Assembly (NCBI GenBank): GCA_958296135.2
Contig: CATQHZ020000001.1
Span: 4,576,001 to 4,640,000, forward strand
DNA from: an uncultured Poribacteria bacterium
GTDB lineage: Bacteria > Poribacteria > WGA-4E > WGA-3G
Direction: 5' to 3'
DNA length: 64,000 nt
In this document: positions 1 to 10,398 of the stretch, piece after piece
How the letters are laid out: each line of letters starts with the position of its first letter
Position numbering within the stretch: the first letter of the stretch is position 1
Notes under the pieces: generated by a model
Database searches by the model: none
What the model was told of the DNA's origin: nothing
The model's input: only the letters and a program-made list of their open reading frames with translations
Program-made: the position numbers and the translations under genes

Positions 1-436
1 GCCAATACGCAGAATCCTGATGCAACCCGTGCGATGAACCGTGGAACGCCGGTTTGAACATCAAGGTGCTTCTGAACAGCAGCAAATCCTCACCGATTAA
101 GTTCTGGACGACTTCAATCAGTTTGGGATGCTGCGCCAAATTCCGAAACACTTCGGAATACTCGCGCGTGTTCTCCGCCTTCCGCAGCACGGGTAACCTA
201 TCCCCTTGCGTCTCATCTTTGGCAAAGGGTTCGTGCTGCACGTGCCGGCGTGCGACATCCGCCACCCCTTTCTCCGGGGCAGCTTCCTGCCCGGCGGCGA
301 ACTGATGCAACCGGTGAATCTCGGCTTGACACGTTTCAACCTCCGCCGGTGAGAGCAGGTTCTCAACGACGAGATAGCCCTCTCTCTCAAAAGTTTTTGT
401 CATTCGCAATGCGTTCGGTAAGGGTTTTCCTTGCAA
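1..436 (-). CDS. Phytanoyl-CoA dioxygenase (PhyH) family 2OG/Fe(II) oxygenase, 3' end runs off the window
   Basis: Manual translation, not in the ORF track: MTKTFEREGYLVVENLLS...LLLFRSTLMFKPAFHGSSHGLHQDSAYW, with the PhyH HxD motif. Start is ATG 403 or TTG 436 (AAGGAG RBS upstream). Confidence 0.85.
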   Translation of the reverse strand, partial: MQGKPLPNALRMTKTFEREGYLVVENLLSPAEVETCQAEIHRLHQFAAGQEAAPEKGVADVARRHVQHEPFAKDETQGDRLPVLRKAENTREYSEVFRNLAQHPKLIEVVQNLIGEDLLLFRSTLMFKPAFHGSSHGLHQDSAYW

Positions 437-497
437 AATGATTCTCCTTCCGTTATCCGTCATCGACGTTGTCAATGACACCGTTTTGGATGCGAAT

Positions 498-1967
498 TCA
501 TCCGCCGATGAGTTGTTTCACTTCCCAGACAATGCTTGAAATCGCGAAGCCGATGTAGACACACGACGCGATGAGCATCATGCCGGTAGAGAGCCGCTTC
601 GGTTTCGCAAACTCAGGCAAAAAGCGGTGATTCATATAGAGTGTCAGCGGCACATAGATTGCCATTGCAAAACCGCCCATGTAGGCGGCGTTAAAGAGAA
701 ATCCTAATTCAGTGACGTGCAACTGCTCCATGACGAAAGTGATGACACACCCGCCGACAATCCATATGCCCGCGATGATGAGATACCACCAACTCAAGCT
801 GCGTTTCTGTGCGCCGCGAAAGTTGGTGTAGATAATATCGGAAATAGAGCGCGCCACGCCATCAACAAGGGCCAGCTGCGTGCCGAAAAGCGTGGCCACG
901 CCGACAAGTAGGAAGATGCGCTTGCCGGGCTCCCCCCAGATTGTGCCTAAAATGTTTGCTTCGTCATAAATGAGCTGCCCCGCCTCCGGCACAATCCCCG
1001 CCGGACGCAAAACGGCGAGCGCACCGAAAATGAAGAGCAGAATCGTGAACGTGTTCAAGGCCCAAAAGAAGAGCACCTGGTCGCGCTTGACATAAGTCCA
1101 CCACGCCGTGAAGCGGTTGCGGTTCTCTTCTGTATCCTCAAACAGAAATCCGGTGGCCGGGGCCGTCTCAGTCCTACCGCGCAGCGGGTTTTGGAGCCCC
1201 GGTAATTGCGCGCCCATCCCAATATTTTTGTCCCGGAGATAGAACGTATAGAAAAGATTCGCCGTGCCACCTGCACCCGCGAACACCAACGCGATAAAAA
1301 ACTGTTTTACCGTCATACCCGGGTCTTTGTAACCCCAGTTTATCAAACCCGCACCGAGCTCCTTCCACGTATCCAGTGAACCGACAGCAATCGCAACGAC
1401 AATCAGCCCGATTGTGACTACGGCGACAAGTGCTTCTACGGTGTGCTCCACGGATTGATAAACCAGCTTCGGCCCGAAGAGGATGAGCGCGACGGCTGCG
1501 AAGGTGACGACTGTCCAGAATGTATCTGAACCCCAACTCTCGGGGCCGAGAATCAGTGCCTTGAGCGCGAGTCCCGAGGCACGCGCCCAGCCCGGTGCAA
1601 TCCAACCCACGACAGTTAGCAAGATGAACAACGGCGCGAAGCCACGCCAAATGCGGCTATAGCCGGTATAGACAGTCTCGCCGGTAGCGATTGTCCAGCG
1701 GCCCACCTCAAAGTTAATCCAGATTTGGAGGAACACGCCGAGGACTGCCGCCCATACCATGCTCCCGCCATATTGCGCGGCGATACGGGGCCAGATCACG
1801 ATTTCGCCAGCACCTATAGAGAGCCCGACTAAGATGGCACCGGGGCCCGCAATCTTCCAGAAGGATAACTTTTTCTCGGGCATCTCAACGATTTTGAAAT
1901 CGTCAAGCGGTTGATAAAATTTTTTGTTGTTCACAAGACGTTCAATGAGGGTTTTCGGTACAAGCAT
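498..1967 (-). CDS. Nramp-like (YcsG-type) divalent metal/solute transporter, multi-TM
   Basis: GPGAILVGLSIGAGE motif, ~11 hydrophobic segments. Confidence 0.75.
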   Translation of the reverse strand: MLVPKTLIERLVNNKKFYQPLDDFKIVEMPEKKLSFWKIAGPGAILVGLSIGAGEIVIWPRIAAQYGGSMVWAAVLGVFLQIWINFEVGRWTIATGETVYTGYSRIWRGFAPLFILLTVVGWIAPGWARASGLALKALILGPESWGSDTFWTVVTFAAVALILFGPKLVYQSVEHTVEALVAVVTIGLIVVAIAVGSLDTWKELGAGLINWGYKDPGMTVKQFFIALVFAGAGGTANLFYTFYLRDKNIGMGAQLPGLQNPLRGRTETAPATGFLFEDTEENRNRFTAWWTYVKRDQVLFFWALNTFTILLFIFGALAVLRPAGIVPEAGQLIYDEANILGTIWGEPGKRIFLLVGVATLFGTQLALVDGVARSISDIIYTNFRGAQKRSLSWWYLIIAGIWIVGGCVITFVMEQLHVTELGFLFNAAYMGGFAMAIYVPLTLYMNHRFLPEFAKPKRLSTGMMLIASCVYIGFAISSIVWEVKQLIGG

Positions 1968-2041
1968 GTCTGTCTCCGTCTATCCATCATCGCTCCATCA
2001 TCGCTCCATCATTGCCAACGACGATGACACCGTTTTCGGTG

Positions 2042-5020
2042 CTAGTCTGACAAACGAATCGCCTCGCGTAACAATTCAATAGGGTGCTTGGGCAGCACGC
2101 CGGTGCCGTGTTCCAATTGATGCCGACAGGAGAAACCGGGAGCACTGAGCGTTACACCGCTCGCCAGACTTTCACGGACAGCGGGAAAAAGCCGCAGCTC
2201 GCCAATTTTCAGAGAGAGTTCATAATGCGCTTTTTCATAACCGAACGCGCCTGCCATCCCACAGCAACTCGAATCAATCACCGTGACATCGTGCCCAGGC
2301 GGTAAACTGAGCATTTCCACCGTCGGTTGGATACCGACGAGGGCCCGTTGATGGCAGTGTCCATGTAGCAAGATGTCGCGAGGGTTGTCCGTAAATTGCA
2401 TCGCGAAGTCAGGTGTCTCCGCTACGTGCCGCATCAAAAATTCCTCAAACGAACAGGTGGCTTCGGCGACGCGTTTGGCCTCAGGCGTGCTGATGAGCGC
2501 AACGTAATCATCGGTGAACGTGGAGGTGCAGCTCGGTTCACACCCGATAATCGGGATGCCCGCGTCGGCGTATTGACTGAGAGACGCGATGTTGTAACGC
2601 GCATTCTCACTCGCCTTCTCCAGCATGCCCTCGGAAATCAGCGGGCGGCCGCAACACCGCTTCTCCGGTAAGATGACGGTGAACCCTAATGCTTCCAACA
2701 CCTCAACGGCAGCCTTTCCGATAGCAGGCTCACTGTAGTTCATGAACGTATCGGGAAATAGCACCACCTTATGCTGTCCAGGCCGCTGTTTATCTCCGCC
2801 CGCCGCTCGCCGCTTACCGAACCACTGCGTGAAGGTAGGCCGGACAAACGTCGGCATCTCTCGCCGCCTGTCCACACCGAGCAATCTCTCGGCAAGCCAC
2901 TTGGAAATCCCGTTGTTCACTGCCCAATTAGAAAAAGGCGCGAACGCTGAACCGAACGGTGCCAGCGAGGCAATCTCCCCAAAAAGCCGCCGATGCAACG
3001 GAAGCCCATTCGCTTTGTGGTAATGCGCAAGCACCTCATACTTAATCTTCGCCATATCCACGTTAGACGGACACTCCGCTTTGCACGCCTTGCACCCAAG
3101 GCACAAATCCAGCACTTCATAGAGCCGCTCGCTAGTGAATTCGGTGTGCGGCAAAGCCCCAGAGATGACAGAACGGAGCGCGTTGGCGCGGCCGCGCGTG
3201 GAATGCTCCTCTTCGCGAGTGCCGATAAAGGAGGGACACATCGTGCCAGTAAGCGTTTTTCTGCACGCGCCGACACCGTTGCACATCTCAATAGCCCCGC
3301 CGAACCCATCCTGATTTGAGAAATCGAAGTAGGTATCAATCTCAATAGTGTTGTATTTCGCACCGAAGCGGAGGTTCTCTGTCATGGGGGGCGCATCGAT
3401 GATTTTGCCGGGGTTCATGATACCGCGCGGATCGAAGGCGTTTTTCACCTCGCGGAGGGCTTGGTAAATCTGCGGGCCGAACATGCTCTCAAGCCACTCG
3501 CTTCGGACGAGCCCGTCGCCGTGTTCGCCGCTCATCGCACCGCCGAGTTCCAGCAACAAGTCGCGCACTTCGCGCGCGATATCGTGCATCTTCTGGATAT
3601 CCGCCTCGGACTTAAGATTCACAATAGGCCGGTTGTGCAACAGCCCGACGCTGGCGTGCGCGTAGTAGGCAGCTGTTGTATCGTGCGCGGTGACAATCTG
3701 CTCAAAACGGCGAACGTATTCGGGGAGGTGCTCTATCGGCACGGCGGCATCTTCCACGAAGCCCACCGGCTTTGCATCGCCCTTCATGCCCATCAGCAAG
3801 CCGAGCCCAGCCTTTCGGGTGTCCCAGACGCGCGCCTTCTCCGCCGCTGTGAGGCACCGCACGAACGCATAACCGAATCCCGCGCGACGCAACGTCTCCT
3901 CAAGCCTATCCAATTGCGCGTGCAGTTCTGCCGCCGACTCACCATAGAATTCCACGGCGAGGAGGGCCGCCGGCTCTCCCTCAATAAAGGTGGTAACGCG
4001 TGAGAATTCCAGCGAGCCGCGCGTCATGTCCAATATCGTTTTGTCGATGAGCTCTACCGCCGTCGGTTCACACGCTAAGATGGGTTGCATCGCCTCCATC
4101 GAAGCAACGAGCGTCTCAAAATGCACAACGCAGAGCGCCGTCATTTTTGGCACGGGGACGAGGTTAACCGTCGCCTCAACGGTGGTTGCGAGTGTACCTT
4201 CGGAGCCGACAAGGATTTTCGCCAGACTCAACGGACGTTCTGCATCGCATCCGTCTCGGCGGTAGGGCGTTACTTCTTTCGAGCCAGCGTTGGGGACAAA
4301 CTCGTCAAGGTTATAGCCAGCAACGCGACGCAAGATGCGCGGGTATCTCTTCCGAATCTCCGCCGCGTTGTCGTCACAAATGCGGCAGAGCTCGCGATAA
4401 ATGTGCGCCTCTAACGAATCGCCACGCTGTTTCGCCGCCAATGCCGCCTGCGATATCGGGGCGGCTGTTATCTCATCAGCATTGGCAAGAACCAAATCAA
4501 GCGACATGACGTGATCTACCGTTTTGCCGTAGATGAGGGAATGCGAGCCAGCTGAGTTGTTTCCGATGGTGCCACCGACGTTCGCGCGACTGCTGGTGGC
4601 AACATCGGGGGCATACATGAGGCCGTGCGGTTTGAGACGATGGTTCAATTCGTCAAGCACGATACCGGGTTGCACGCGCGCCCAATGCTCCTCGACATTC
4701 ACCTCAAGGAGCGCGTTCATGTATTTGGACATATCCAGCACAACCGCTTCGCCAACGCTTTGCCCAGCGAGGCTGGTGCCGCCGCCGCGCGGCAAAATCG
4801 GCACGTCGCGCTCAGCAGCGATTTGCACCGTTGTGATAACGTCCTGCTTATGTTTCGGAATCACAACGCCTATCGGTTGCATCTGGTAGAGGCTCGCATC
4901 CGTGCTGTAGAGGGCCCTGGAATACCGGTCGAATCGGACTTCACCCGCCAGTGCATCAGCGAGGCGTTGTTCAAGTGCCGTTGTGGAAGTGTTCATATTG
5001 GCTCTAAAACGGGCGGACAT
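2042..5020 (-). CDS. FAD-linked oxidase fused to 4Fe-4S and CCG domains (YdiJ/GlcD-GlcF type)
   Basis: PRGGGTSLAGQ FAD motif, GEHGDG, CNGVGAC, CLGCKACKAECP, CCG motifs. Confidence 0.9.
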   Translation of the reverse strand: MSARFRANMNTSTTALEQRLADALAGEVRFDRYSRALYSTDASLYQMQPIGVVIPKHKQDVITTVQIAAERDVPILPRGGGTSLAGQSVGEAVVLDMSKYMNALLEVNVEEHWARVQPGIVLDELNHRLKPHGLMYAPDVATSSRANVGGTIGNNSAGSHSLIYGKTVDHVMSLDLVLANADEITAAPISQAALAAKQRGDSLEAHIYRELCRICDDNAAEIRKRYPRILRRVAGYNLDEFVPNAGSKEVTPYRRDGCDAERPLSLAKILVGSEGTLATTVEATVNLVPVPKMTALCVVHFETLVASMEAMQPILACEPTAVELIDKTILDMTRGSLEFSRVTTFIEGEPAALLAVEFYGESAAELHAQLDRLEETLRRAGFGYAFVRCLTAAEKARVWDTRKAGLGLLMGMKGDAKPVGFVEDAAVPIEHLPEYVRRFEQIVTAHDTTAAYYAHASVGLLHNRPIVNLKSEADIQKMHDIAREVRDLLLELGGAMSGEHGDGLVRSEWLESMFGPQIYQALREVKNAFDPRGIMNPGKIIDAPPMTENLRFGAKYNTIEIDTYFDFSNQDGFGGAIEMCNGVGACRKTLTGTMCPSFIGTREEEHSTRGRANALRSVISGALPHTEFTSERLYEVLDLCLGCKACKAECPSNVDMAKIKYEVLAHYHKANGLPLHRRLFGEIASLAPFGSAFAPFSNWAVNNGISKWLAERLLGVDRRREMPTFVRPTFTQWFGKRRAAGGDKQRPGQHKVVLFPDTFMNYSEPAIGKAAVEVLEALGFTVILPEKRCCGRPLISEGMLEKASENARYNIASLSQYADAGIPIIGCEPSCTSTFTDDYVALISTPEAKRVAEATCSFEEFLMRHVAETPDFAMQFTDNPRDILLHGHCHQRALVGIQPTVEMLSLPPGHDVTVIDSSCCGMAGAFGYEKAHYELSLKIGELRLFPAVRESLASGVTLSAPGFSCRHQLEHGTGVLPKHPIELLREAIRLSD

Positions 5021-5081
5021 GGAAAACCGCCCTTAACAAAATGGCGAATTTTGGAAAAAAAATAAAAAATCACAAAAAAAT

Positions 5082-5110
5082 TTGACATTGCCGCGAAAAT
5101 AGGGTATAAT
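5082..5110 (+). promoter_or_regulatory. sigma70 promoter for tRNA-Leu
   Basis: TTGACA-17 nt-TATAAT, perfect consensus. Confidence 0.85.
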
Positions 5111-5123
5111 TAAATATTAGAAC

Positions 5124-5207
5124 GCCCCTGTGGTGGAATTTGGTATACACAGCAGGTTGAGGGCCTGTGCCTTAATTGGCATGCTGGTTCGAGTCCAGTC
5201 GGGGGCA
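5124..5207 (+). tRNA. tRNA-Leu(GAG)
   Basis: Acceptor stem GCCCCTG/CGGGGGC, anticodon loop TTGAGGG, long variable arm, GGTTCGAGTCC T-arm; CCA not encoded. Confidence 0.95.
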
Positions 5208-5512
5208 TTTTTCGTCTTTCGCGAGGCGTTCGGCGGACGTTTCTGGTGCAAGGCGGTTTTTCTGCGTAACCCGTCATCGCCGTTGGCGATGACTACAATT
5301 CGGTGCTAAGTTAGGTAGGCACCCCGCCCATCTCACGCCTCAAGCATTTTTTGTTGTTCGCGAGGCGTTCGGCTTTTTCGTCTTTCGCGAGGCGTTCGGC
5401 GGACGTTTCTGGTGCAAGGCGGTTTTTCTGCGTAACCCGTCATCGCCGTTGGCGATGACTACAATTCGGTGCTAAGTTAGGTAGGCACCCCGCCTGTCTC
5501 ACGCCTCAAGCA
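5208..5512. repeat. 139-bp direct duplication (5208-5346 and 5374-5512)
   Basis: Copies differ at 2 nt; each contains the palindrome GTCATCGCCGTTGGCGATGAC and the last codons of the glycosyltransferase. Confidence 0.9.
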
Positions 5513-6632
5513 GCTGCTGGTATTCTTGATACGTCCGTTCGGCAATCGTCTCCCACGTAAAATTTTCCACGCGCGCTAATCCACGCGCAATAAGTTCCTC
5601 GCGGCGCGTCTCATCGTGCGCGAGGCGCTGGATACACGCCGCTAATGCGAGCGCGTCTGCCTCCGGAAATACAAGTCCCGCGTCGGCGATAACGTGTGGA
5701 ATTTCGCCCGAATCGGAGCCGATGACAGGAACTTCACACGCCATTGCCTCAATTAGCACCCTGCCAAAAAATTCTACCCACCCCGGTGTGGTGCGCGATG
5801 GCAGGACGAGCGCGTCCATACAATTAATATAGGCCGGCACCTCTTCAGGCGGCACGGCATCCACCCAGACAATCCGGTCGGCGATACCGAGGGTTTCCGC
5901 CGTCTGGCGGAGCATCGCTCCATCTTCGCCTTGCCCGACAATTAGCAGTTTACAAGGAGTGCCTTGTTCGTGCGCGCCCGCTTCAATCAGCGTATTCACC
6001 CCTTTCATCTGCAGGAGTCTGCCGACATATCCCACCACAAAACCGCCGGTCAGCCCCAGCGAATCTCTGAGCTCCCTTACATCCCTTTTGTGAAAGATGC
6101 GCGTGTCAACGCCATTTGGAAACGGCACTTGTCTGCCCGTGTAACCGCGCTGGACTAAAATCTCGCCGGCGTTGTCACTCAGCGGAAAGGCGAGTTCGGT
6201 TTCACGAAACACGCGCCGTTCTATCCACACCGGCACCCTACCGAACCGTTGTTTCGTCGGAATGCTGAGCGACGTGCGGAAGATAAAGCGACTGTTCGGA
6301 CAGAACTTCCGCTTCAACCGCACCGTCTGCAAGGCGTTGAGACTCCACGCTTCTTCCTCAAGATGGATAATATCCGGGTGGAAATCCCGGAAGTGGGGCA
6401 TCAGCCCACGGCGATAGTAGAAGCGGCTGCCATACCCAGAGAATCGGATCGGGCATGGAAATTCTTCACAGCGAGTGTTAGCGTCCGGTTCAAAGACAAT
6501 CTCCTGGAAACTTTCATACCAGCGTTCCGGTGTGACAACGCGCAGCGTGACATCGGGTTTCTCCGCGATGAGCGCGAACTTCCGCCGATACGGTTTCATG
6601 ATATAGGAATGGGAGAGCACTAAGACGCGCAC
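5499..6632 (-). CDS. Glycosyltransferase family 4 (GT-B)
   Basis: YVGRL..KG, EFFGRVLIEAMACEVPVIGSDSG. Confidence 0.9.
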   Translation of the reverse strand: MRVLVLSHSYIMKPYRRKFALIAEKPDVTLRVVTPERWYESFQEIVFEPDANTRCEEFPCPIRFSGYGSRFYYRRGLMPHFRDFHPDIIHLEEEAWSLNALQTVRLKRKFCPNSRFIFRTSLSIPTKQRFGRVPVWIERRVFRETELAFPLSDNAGEILVQRGYTGRQVPFPNGVDTRIFHKRDVRELRDSLGLTGGFVVGYVGRLLQMKGVNTLIEAGAHEQGTPCKLLIVGQGEDGAMLRQTAETLGIADRIVWVDAVPPEEVPAYINCMDALVLPSRTTPGWVEFFGRVLIEAMACEVPVIGSDSGEIPHVIADAGLVFPEADALALAACIQRLAHDETRREELIARGLARVENFTWETIAERTYQEYQQLLEA

Positions 6633-6637
6633 GAGTG

Positions 6638-7036
6638 TTATGCCCCGGTGTCTTCAGTCACTTCAACGGGACTAGCAGGCCCCGCCGTGAACACGATGCT
6701 CTCTTCGGCTTCCTCATCCACCGCTTCATCTGCAGCAGGCACCACCGCATCACTCGTGTCTGCGAGGACGGCCATCAACTCCTCAAGCCGCTGGCGAATG
6801 CCGGTGCGTTCTTCCTGCGCGGTTAACTTCTCATGTTCGTAAGCCGCATTTAACTCGCCATTGCGGGTTTCCAATTCTTGAATCCGCGCGTCGCGTTGGA
6901 GCACATCACTGTTGAGCCGCGCGATTTCAGCCTCAAATTCCAGTTTCTCCGCCCTTAATTTTTGAACCGTCGAAATGGCAAGTTCAACGTGTTCTTCTAG
7001 AAGGGCAACAACGTTTTTTTCAGGTGATTCAGACAT
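6638..7036 (-). CDS. Coiled-coil protein, ZapB-like, with acidic tail
   Basis: LLEEHVELAISTVQKLRAE...IRQRLEELMAVL resembles the ZapB pattern. Confidence 0.5.
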   Translation of the reverse strand: MSESPEKNVVALLEEHVELAISTVQKLRAEKLEFEAEIARLNSDVLQRDARIQELETRNGELNAAYEHEKLTAQEERTGIRQRLEELMAVLADTSDAVVPAADEAVDEEAEESIVFTAGPASPVEVTEDTGA

Positions 7037-7047
7037 AGTGCCTTCCC

Positions 7048-7944
7048 CTATTCATGAGAAATGAGTGACAGATGCTCATCATCTGCCCAATTCGGACATT
7101 CATGCACGTAGTGGAAAAGATACTGCTGCGCGTACCCCACACCGGCGCCGAAATAGTTTTGCGCGAACTCACGAATCTCGCGCGGCGTAGCCGGCCGCCG
7201 AAGATAAAGCGTCTCAAAAATCCGCTTTATCCAGACATCAATCGGCAGTGCCTCAAGGTGCCCGAGTGAAAAAAGACAGATACAATCCGCAACCTTCTCA
7301 CCGATGCCTTTGCGGTGCATTAATTCGCGCTTCGCCTCAGGATACGCCAACCGTTTCAGATGCGGCAGCGAGAGTTCGCCGCTCACGACAGCTTGCGCAG
7401 CACCCTTGAGATAGTCGGCCCGGTAGCCGGTCCCGCACGCAAGGAGCTCGTGACTCTCTGCCGCAGCAAGAACGGCCGCAGTGGGGAAACTATAATCGAC
7501 GTAACCCTCCAGCGTCAGTTCCCTCCCGAAACGTTCGGAAAGTCTGCGGATAATGCCGCGAATCCGCGGCACGTTATTGTTCTGAGATAAAATAAACGAC
7601 GCAATTGTTTCCCAGAGTTCTTGGTTCAGGATGCGCATCCCCCACAATCTTTGAACGGCGCGATGGATGTAGGCATCGGTACCAACGGCGGCAAGGATTC
7701 TCGGCACATCGCGTTCAATGTCAAGATAGTGGCGAAGGAACGCCGTTAACTGTGCCGCATCTTCAGAAGCGGAGCTCTCAACGGACAGGGTGATTCCGTG
7801 TTGTCCCTTCTCAGATGCGCGCAACTTGAGTATCCTGCCCTCCACGACACCGTAATAGGCATCTTCAATGCGGTTCCATCGAAACGACTGTCCCGATTCA
7901 AGGGTATATTTCAGATTGAAATCCATCACGCCCTGAATTTGCAT
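7048..7944 (-). CDS. ogg: 8-oxoguanine DNA glycosylase (OGG1-like, HhH-GPD)
   Basis: TLESGQSFRW, SQNNNVPRI, KGIGEKVADC..LFS...PIDVWI. Confidence 0.9.
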   Translation of the reverse strand: MQIQGVMDFNLKYTLESGQSFRWNRIEDAYYGVVEGRILKLRASEKGQHGITLSVESSASEDAAQLTAFLRHYLDIERDVPRILAAVGTDAYIHRAVQRLWGMRILNQELWETIASFILSQNNNVPRIRGIIRRLSERFGRELTLEGYVDYSFPTAAVLAAAESHELLACGTGYRADYLKGAAQAVVSGELSLPHLKRLAYPEAKRELMHRKGIGEKVADCICLFSLGHLEALPIDVWIKRIFETLYLRRPATPREIREFAQNYFGAGVGYAQQYLFHYVHECPNWADDEHLSLISHE

Positions 7945-7979
7945 CGCAAAAAAACTCCTCGCACGTTCTCTGCTTAATT

Positions 7980-8008
7980 AGTATACACAGATTTGGGAGA
8001 ATAGTCAA
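7980..8008 (-). promoter_or_regulatory. sigma70 promoter for ogg operon
   Basis: TTGACT-17-TATACT on the minus strand. Confidence 0.6.
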
Positions 8009-8204
8009 GTTTTTTTATCCAAAATAATTCACACGTAGGAAACAGACGGATTGAGAACTGCATCGTCCTGGGGTTCTCCTTGTTAGCACTCAATGTTTAT
8101 TGTAGCATATTGTTCGGATGAAAATCAAATTATCCCGAACGATTCAGACATTTTTTTGCAGCCGATGCGAAAATCTCGTGCCGCGTAAGCCCTATTAAAA
8201 AAAT

Positions 8205-8233
8205 TTGACATTTGCAGCATTTGCGTGTATACT
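8205..8233 (+). promoter_or_regulatory. sigma70 promoter for ppiD-like gene
   Basis: TTGACA-17-TATACT. Confidence 0.7.
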
Positions 8234-8281
8234 ATTAATATGGAAGTTCTATAGCAATCGATCAGGAGATACACTTAAGAA

Positions 8282-10237
8282 ATGATTATCTTTTTACGGG
8301 AAAAATTTATTGCGCAACTCTTTATGTGGGTAATCGCTATCGTGTTCTTGGTAGGCACGGTGCTGCTCTACAACAACTCGCAGGGCGGCGGCAGCGGCCC
8401 CGAATCCGAAGTCGTCCTCCGGATGGGCGATGCCGAGGTAACGCGCGGAAATTTTGAGAGTGCCGTCGCGAACGCCATCCGCTCCGCACGAAACCAGCGA
8501 TACGGCACCGAACCAAACCGAGAAGAAACGCAGAATTCGGTCATCGAACAGTGGATCCAACAGACGATTATGAGCAGCGCAGCACTCAGCGACGCAGAGA
8601 TAGAACGCTACATCCGAAGCGATGCCGAACGGGTGAAGCAGTACAACCTCTACCAACAATTCGGATTGGTGGATGACTACACGCAAAACGTTCGCTTACA
8701 ACTCAGCGCAACGACACTGCGCGATACCATCCAAAACCTTGAATTGGTAACGGATACCGAAATCGAACAAGATTTCCGGCTCGAGGCAGACAAGGCGAAA
8801 CTGAAGTTCATCGAATTCAAGCACGCCGATTACGCAACAGCCATCGAGGTTGACGATGATGAAGCGGCGGCGCACTTTGAGAAAAACCGAGACACCTACA
8901 AGGAAGAAGAACAGGTGAACGTCAAGTTTATCAAAGTGAGTCCAGCCGATTATGTCACCGAATCGGACGTTCAAGCCTATTACGATGAGAACCCGGGCGA
9001 ATTCACAACGGTCGAAGCTGTCAGAGCACGGCACATCTTGAAAAAATTCCCCGACAACGCTACCGATGAGCAAAAAGCCGAGGTAAAAACGGCGGCGGAA
9101 GAACTGCTCAAAACTGTCACCGACGAACTCGCGAAGGGCACCACATTTGCCGAACTCGCGGAGAAGCATTCGGAAGGGCCCTCTGCCAGCCGAGGTGGCG
9201 CGCTCACGGGCTCTAATTCAAACCTGCCGCCCGGCGCCTACTTCGCGCGCGGCGACATGGTGAAACCTTTTGAAGACGCATGTTTTGACACGCTCAAGCC
9301 CGGCGAGGTCAGCGAACTCGTCGAAACCCAATTCGGGTACCATATTATCACATTGGAAGAGAAGAAACCGCCGGAGACAAAACCGTTTGACCAGGTGCAG
9401 TACGACATCCAGCAAAAACTGGTGAAAATCCGGGGCGTTGAAGAAGCGCGAAAAGTAGCAGCAGACCTGCTCTATGAGGTAGAGATTCAGGATTACGACG
9501 CTGCGATTGTCCTTGAAAGGTATCAAGATAAGGCACCCTCAGTGCAGGAAACCGGGCTCTTTAGCCGCGATGCCGCCACTATCCCGGAAATCGGCCCGAA
9601 ATGGAGTTACCACGGGCTCACCGAGGCATTCTTTGACACGGAAGTCGGGGTGATAAAGGTGGTTGAAGGCAAAACATCGGCCGGTGACGTGGAGGCGTTT
9701 TTTGTCGCAACCGTGCTTGAAAAGAAGCCTGCGGCTATTCCGCCGTTTGCGGATATAAAGGCGACGGTGATTGAAGACGTGCGGCAAGAGAAGGCGAAAG
9801 CACAGGCTTTGGCAGACGCGCAAAACTTGATGAATCAACACCAAACAGACGCATCGCTCGATGCCCTCCTGAAAAAGTATCAGGCACCCGAAGGGCTTGC
9901 AGCAGACCGGCTTTCCGTTCAAGATAGCAATTTGTTCTCGCTCTCTGCCAACAGCCACTACATTAGTGGTATGGGCGATTCCAGCGAGGCGATGTTTGCC
10001 GCGTTTCGGATGAAGGTTGATGACATCCGCGGTCCGTTTCAAGGCGATACTGCTGTTTACATCGTCCAACTAACTGAACGGCAGGAGCCTGATTTGGAAA
10101 CGTTCCAAACGGACACAGATGAGCAGACGCGGCATCGCCAGTCACTCATTCAGACGAAAAAACGGGAGGCGTATCTGAATTGGTTCGCCGCGCGTAAGAA
10201 GCAGAGTGAGCCGTGGATTCATCCGGACTACCGGTAA
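8282..10237 (+). CDS. PpiD-like membrane-anchored parvulin peptidyl-prolyl isomerase/chaperone
   Basis: N-terminal TM, SurA-like N domain, VRARHIL...FAELAEKHS..SASRGG...MVKPFE...ETQFGYHII. Confidence 0.85.
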   Translation: MIIFLREKFIAQLFMWVIAIVFLVGTVLLYNNSQGGGSGPESEVVLRMGDAEVTRGNFESAVANAIRSARNQRYGTEPNREETQNSVIEQWIQQTIMSSAALSDAEIERYIRSDAERVKQYNLYQQFGLVDDYTQNVRLQLSATTLRDTIQNLELVTDTEIEQDFRLEADKAKLKFIEFKHADYATAIEVDDDEAAAHFEKNRDTYKEEEQVNVKFIKVSPADYVTESDVQAYYDENPGEFTTVEAVRARHILKKFPDNATDEQKAEVKTAAEELLKTVTDELAKGTTFAELAEKHSEGPSASRGGALTGSNSNLPPGAYFARGDMVKPFEDACFDTLKPGEVSELVETQFGYHIITLEEKKPPETKPFDQVQYDIQQKLVKIRGVEEARKVAADLLYEVEIQDYDAAIVLERYQDKAPSVQETGLFSRDAATIPEIGPKWSYHGLTEAFFDTEVGVIKVVEGKTSAGDVEAFFVATVLEKKPAAIPPFADIKATVIEDVRQEKAKAQALADAQNLMNQHQTDASLDALLKKYQAPEGLAADRLSVQDSNLFSLSANSHYISGMGDSSEAMFAAFRMKVDDIRGPFQGDTAVYIVQLTERQEPDLETFQTDTDEQTRHRQSLIQTKKREAYLNWFAARKKQSEPWIHPDYR

Positions 10238-10398
10238 GCGAATTGAATAGCGGGCGGATAGAGACATCCGCAACTAAAAATCCACCGCTGTAGTTCGGAT
10301 TCGTCTGACCCGAACACGGCGAGCTCGCTCTACAAATACGCAACCTAACCGGTAGGCGCGCTTTGAAAACGCGCCTATGCTGTCAGGCGGGGGCCGCT

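Noticed and set aside
5124-5512. Prophage or island integrated at tRNA-Leu
   Set aside because: No integrase and no duplicated tRNA 3' end; the duplication begins after the tRNA.
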